A stretch of DNA of 64,000 nt from Elusimicrobiales bacterium (lineage in GTDB: Bacteria; Elusimicrobiota; Elusimicrobia; Elusimicrobiales; UBA9959), in NCBI GenBank assembly GCA_050174915.1, contig JBFXJL010000002.1, positions 195,626 to 259,625 of the forward strand. The letters run 5' to 3'. How positions within the stretch are numbered: position 1 is the stretch's first letter; each line of letters begins with the position of its first letter. Below, one piece after another: positions 61,160 to 64,000 of the stretch. The notes under the pieces were generated by a model. That model was not told the origin of the DNA and did not search any database. It worked only from the letters and a program-made list of their open reading frames with translations. The position numbers were made by a program, and so were the translations under genes.

Positions 61160-62434
61160 ATGAAGAACGCCAGGAAACTCGTTTTCATCACCCTGTCGGC
61201 GCTGGTCATAGGGGCCGTGTTCCCCTATGTCAACTTCGCCATGGACAAGACCTATTCCCAGCTCAAGGTCATCGTGGACGTGCTGGAGCTCATCAAGGAC
61301 AGCTATGTCGATAAGATCGACCCTCAGCAGCTGGTCTACGGCGCGGCCAAGGGCATGGTGGAAGAGCTCGACGATTTCTCCCAGTTCATGGAACCGGACG
61401 TCTACGAGCGGGTCAAGAGCGACACCGAGGGCGAGTTCGGCGGCATCGGCATCCGCGTGGACACCCGCGAGGGCTGGCTGACCGTGGTGACCCCGCTGCC
61501 CAATACCCCGGCCTGGAAGGCCGAGATGCTGCCCGGCGACAAGATCATCAAGATAGAAGGCGTGTCCACCAAGGACATGATCATCGACGAGGCCATCAAG
61601 AAGCTGCGCGGCAAGCCCGGCACGCCGGTCAAGATCACCACCGCCCGCGAGCCCGCCGACAAGGAAGCCGAGTGGATAACCAAGGACCTGACCCTGGTGC
61701 GCGAGCTTATCAAGTCCGAGAGCGTCAAGTGGCGCATGCTGGACGCCAAGACCGGCTATATCAAGATCGTGGACTTCACCGGCCACGCCACCGAGAATTT
61801 CAACAAGGCGATGGGCGAACTGAAGGGCAAGGGCATGGAGGCCCTGGTGCTGGACCTGCGCTACAACCCGGGCGGCCTGCTCTCGTCGGCCGTGGACATC
61901 TGCAAGCTGTTCATGAACAACAACAAGATGATCGTCTACACCAAGGGCCGCAAGCCCGAGAACTATCAGGAGTTCCGCGCCGGCGGTTCGGCCCCTTTCG
62001 AGATGCTGCCGCTGGTGGTGATCGTCAACCGCTATTCCGCCAGCGCCAGCGAGATCGTGGCCGGCGCCATGCAGGACAACAAGCGCGCCGTCATCGTGGG
62101 CGAGCGCTCGTTCGGCAAGGCCAGCGTGCAGAGCATGATCCCTCTCTCCGACAAGTCGGCCCTGCGCCTGACCATAGCCAAGTATTATACGCCCAGCGGC
62201 AAGTCCATCCAGCGCGACGAGAAGGCCGAGACCGGCGGCATTACGCCCGACATCGAGATCAAGGTGTCCGTCGAGACCGAGAAGAAGCTGCTGCAGCAGG
62301 CCGAGGAGATCTATTTCCCCGGCAAAGACGATAAGGCCGATAAGAAGAAGGACGCCGCGCGCGACGAGATGCTGGAGCGCGCCGTGGAACTGCTCAAAGC
62401 CCGCGAGGTGCTGGGCAACCTGAAGCGCGCTTAA
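61160..62434 (+). CDS. ctpA: carboxyl-terminal processing protease (S41)
   Basis: The start was moved to MKNARK (an AAGGAG RBS lies 4 nt upstream). A PDZ domain (GGIGIRV...GDKIIKIEG) is followed by the S41 core (DLRYNPGGLL, SASASEI, FGKASVQ). Confidence 0.85.
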   Translation: MKNARKLVFITLSALVIGAVFPYVNFAMDKTYSQLKVIVDVLELIKDSYVDKIDPQQLVYGAAKGMVEELDDFSQFMEPDVYERVKSDTEGEFGGIGIRVDTREGWLTVVTPLPNTPAWKAEMLPGDKIIKIEGVSTKDMIIDEAIKKLRGKPGTPVKITTAREPADKEAEWITKDLTLVRELIKSESVKWRMLDAKTGYIKIVDFTGHATENFNKAMGELKGKGMEALVLDLRYNPGGLLSSAVDICKLFMNNNKMIVYTKGRKPENYQEFRAGGSAPFEMLPLVVIVNRYSASASEIVAGAMQDNKRAVIVGERSFGKASVQSMIPLSDKSALRLTIAKYYTPSGKSIQRDEKAETGGITPDIEIKVSVETEKKLLQQAEEIYFPGKDDKADKKKDAARDEMLERAVELLKAREVLGNLKRA

Positions 62435-62442
62435 CTTAAACA

Positions 62443-62521
62443 GGGGTCAGGTCTTTACTTTTGCATGAGTTCAGACCTGAACCCCGGCGCCTTTCCGGCG
62501 CAAAAGTAAAGACCTGACCCC
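62443..62521. repeat. 22-bp perfect inverted repeat with an internal competing segment
   Basis: GGGGTCAGGTCTTTACTTTTGC (62443-62464) pairs with GCAAAAGTAAAGACCTGACCCC (62500-62521). The middle segment AGACCTGAACCCC (62473-62485) can also pair with the left arm. Confidence 0.8.
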
Positions 62522-62523
62522 CG

Positions 62524-63564
62524 ATGAGGATACTGGCTTTCGAGACCACCTGCGACGAGACCTCCGCTGCCGTGCTGGAGGGGGGGCGCCTGCGCTCCAA
62601 CGAGGTGTTCTCTCAGATCAGCCTGCACCGCAAGTACAGCGGCGTCGTGCCCGAGCTGGCCAGCCGCGCCCACCTGGAAAAGATCCCTTTCGTCATCGGC
62701 GGGGCGCTGGCCCGCGCCGGCCTGCGCGCCCCCCTGAAGCGGGGGGCCTTCGACGCCGTGGCCTTCTCTCGCGGGCCCGGCCTGCCCGGCGCGCTGATGG
62801 TGGGCCGCGTGGCCGCCGAGGCCGCCGCCGAGCTGTCCGGCGCGCCGCTGGTGGGCGTCAACCACCTGGAAGGTCATTTACTGGCCTGCGAGTTCGCCGG
62901 CGGCCGCGCCAGCGAACCCCTTAAATTTCCCCTGGTCGCGCTGCTGGTCTCCGGCGGCCATACCGAGCTGTGGCACGCCCGCGGTTACGGCGACTACCGC
63001 GTGCTGGGCCGCACCCGCGACGACGCCGCCGGCGAGGCTTTCGACAAGGTGGCCAAGCTGCTGGGGCTGCCCTACCCGGGCGGCCCGGAGGTGGAGAAGG
63101 CGGCCGCCCGCGCGCGAGGCAAGGCGCCGGACTTCCCGCGTCCGCACATGCCGGGCACCCGCGATTTTTCTTTCAGCGGCCTCAAGACCGCCGTCAGTTA
63201 TTACCTGGCCGGCAGGCTGGGTCAGGATTTCTATAAGCGCGGCCTGCGCCTGCCGCCCGGCGAGAGGGACCGCGTCTGCCGCGCCTTCCAGGACGCCGTG
63301 ACGGAGACGCTGGTGAAAAAGACGGCCGATACCGCCCGCTCGCTGGGGCTCGACCGCATAGCGGTGGGCGGCGGCGTGTCCGCCAACGGGGCGCTGCGCG
63401 CCGCTTTCGCGCGGCTGCAGGGCTTCGAGGTGCGCTTCTCGGAGCGGGCCTACTGCTCCGACAACGCGGCCATGGTGGCGCTCTGCGCCTTGCGCCGGCT
63501 GGAGGCGGGGAAATTCCGCAACAGCCTCAGGGTGGCCCCCGGGCTGGCGGACCCCGGCTGGTAG
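62524..63564 (+). CDS. tsaD: tRNA N6-adenosine threonylcarbamoyltransferase
   Basis: 346 aa. MRILAFETTCDETSAAV N-terminus, VNHLEGH metal-binding motif, ASKHA fold. Confidence 0.9.
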   Translation: MRILAFETTCDETSAAVLEGGRLRSNEVFSQISLHRKYSGVVPELASRAHLEKIPFVIGGALARAGLRAPLKRGAFDAVAFSRGPGLPGALMVGRVAAEAAAELSGAPLVGVNHLEGHLLACEFAGGRASEPLKFPLVALLVSGGHTELWHARGYGDYRVLGRTRDDAAGEAFDKVAKLLGLPYPGGPEVEKAAARARGKAPDFPRPHMPGTRDFSFSGLKTAVSYYLAGRLGQDFYKRGLRLPPGERDRVCRAFQDAVTETLVKKTADTARSLGLDRIAVGGGVSANGALRAAFARLQGFEVRFSERAYCSDNAAMVALCALRRLEAGKFRNSLRVAPGLADPGW

Positions 63565-63676
63565 GGGACGTTCTTAACTATTGGACTATTTAAGGGGGAG
63601 CTATGTTTTGCTGTTATAAAAAAATGTCACTGGAGATAACTAACGGACAAATAGTCCAATAGTTAAGAACGTCCCC
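63564..63676. repeat. inverted doublet of the REP-like repeat, family 2
   Basis: GGGGACGTTCTTAACTATTGGACTATTT (63564-63591) is the exact reverse complement of 63649-63676. It shares the GGGGACG...ACTAT-N3-ACTAT skeleton with family 1. Confidence 0.8.
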
Positions 63677-64000
63677 ATGCTGATCTGGCTGCTTTCGGAT
63701 TACGACCACAGGAAACACCTGGCTTTCAAGAGCCTGCTGGGCCGCTTTTCCGCCGCCTATCCCGAGGTGCGCGCCGAGTTCGCCGTGAAGAGCCGCCGCA
63801 GCATGTGGGAGAGCCTGTTCGCTCACCTGCGCGATCCCAAGCGCAACCCGCTGGCCGACGTGATAGAGCTGCCCCAGAACTGGACCGAGCTGTTCACGCG
63901 CCTCGGCATGCTGGCCGAGCTGAGCGGCGGCATAGACGCGCTGGCCCGCCGGCGCTACCCCGACTTCGTGCTCAAGGAACTGTGCCGCCACGACGAGGCG
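63677..64000 (+). CDS. partial CDS (5' part), solute-binding-protein-like
   Basis: Not in the ORF track because it runs off the window. The ATG at 63677 is followed by an open frame to 64000 with strong GC3 bias (MLIWLLSDYDHRKHLAFKSLLGRFSAAYPEVRAEF...). The minus-strand ORF 63614..63991 is judged a shadow. The family call is weak. Confidence 0.45.
   Translation, partial: MLIWLLSDYDHRKHLAFKSLLGRFSAAYPEVRAEFAVKSRRSMWESLFAHLRDPKRNPLADVIELPQNWTELFTRLGMLAELSGGIDALARRRYPDFVLKELCRHDEA

Overview
This is a high-GC bacterial chromosomal segment from a diderm organism: it carries type IV pilin and PilT genes, an RND/TolC efflux operon and outer-membrane-type proteins. About 55 protein genes are packed tightly, and the many long ORFs antisense to them are GC-driven shadows. 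Housekeeping content, in order: metF; a zinc-ribbon protein; rnpB; a fold-type II PLP enzyme with a CpXC protein; a CCA-family nucleotidyltransferase; a sensor and response-regulator pair; recG; a pilin; nrdR-nrdD-nrdG-dut; a ferritin-like protein; a hybrid histidine kinase; pruA with a divergent LysR regulator; a MoaD-like protein; pilT; ppnP; an M32 carboxypeptidase; tRNA-Arg(GCG); a histidine kinase; a sugar dehydrogenase; an M50 protease; trpS; scpAB; galT-glgA; a PLD-family protein; the tetR/tolC-MFP-RND operon; ftsX, an envC-like gene and ctpA; and tsaD.

The features most worth follow-up:
1. An AT-rich polymorphic-toxin island (3705-12612). A Sec-signal RHS toxin is translationally coupled to two secreted TPR/beta-rich proteins. 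It is followed by an immunity gene containing an A7G9 tract, then a 1.5-kb duplicated orphan RHS module carrying a Tlde1-like L,D-transpeptidase-fold toxin that is broken only by +1 C in a C6 run.
2. Two tandem, diverged copies of a roughly 230-nt candidate sRNA (19794-20353, minus strand). Each copy has a promoter-like pair, a conserved C-rich core and a terminator-like hairpin.
3. A purine-riboswitch-like three-way-junction leader with altered pocket bases plus a terminator (57969-58064), upstream of an uncharacterised secreted protein.
4. A RAYT-type Y1 transposase bounded by perfect 28-bp inverted repeats (43360-44505), with solo and doublet copies elsewhere in the window.
5. An in-frame TetR::TolC fusion ORF.
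6. NrdD with a fused C-terminal CxxC redoxin domain.
7. ppnP, which has no canonical start codon and sits in frame behind the upstream gene's TGA.

All family assignments come from reading the translations and from motif recall; no database search was run.
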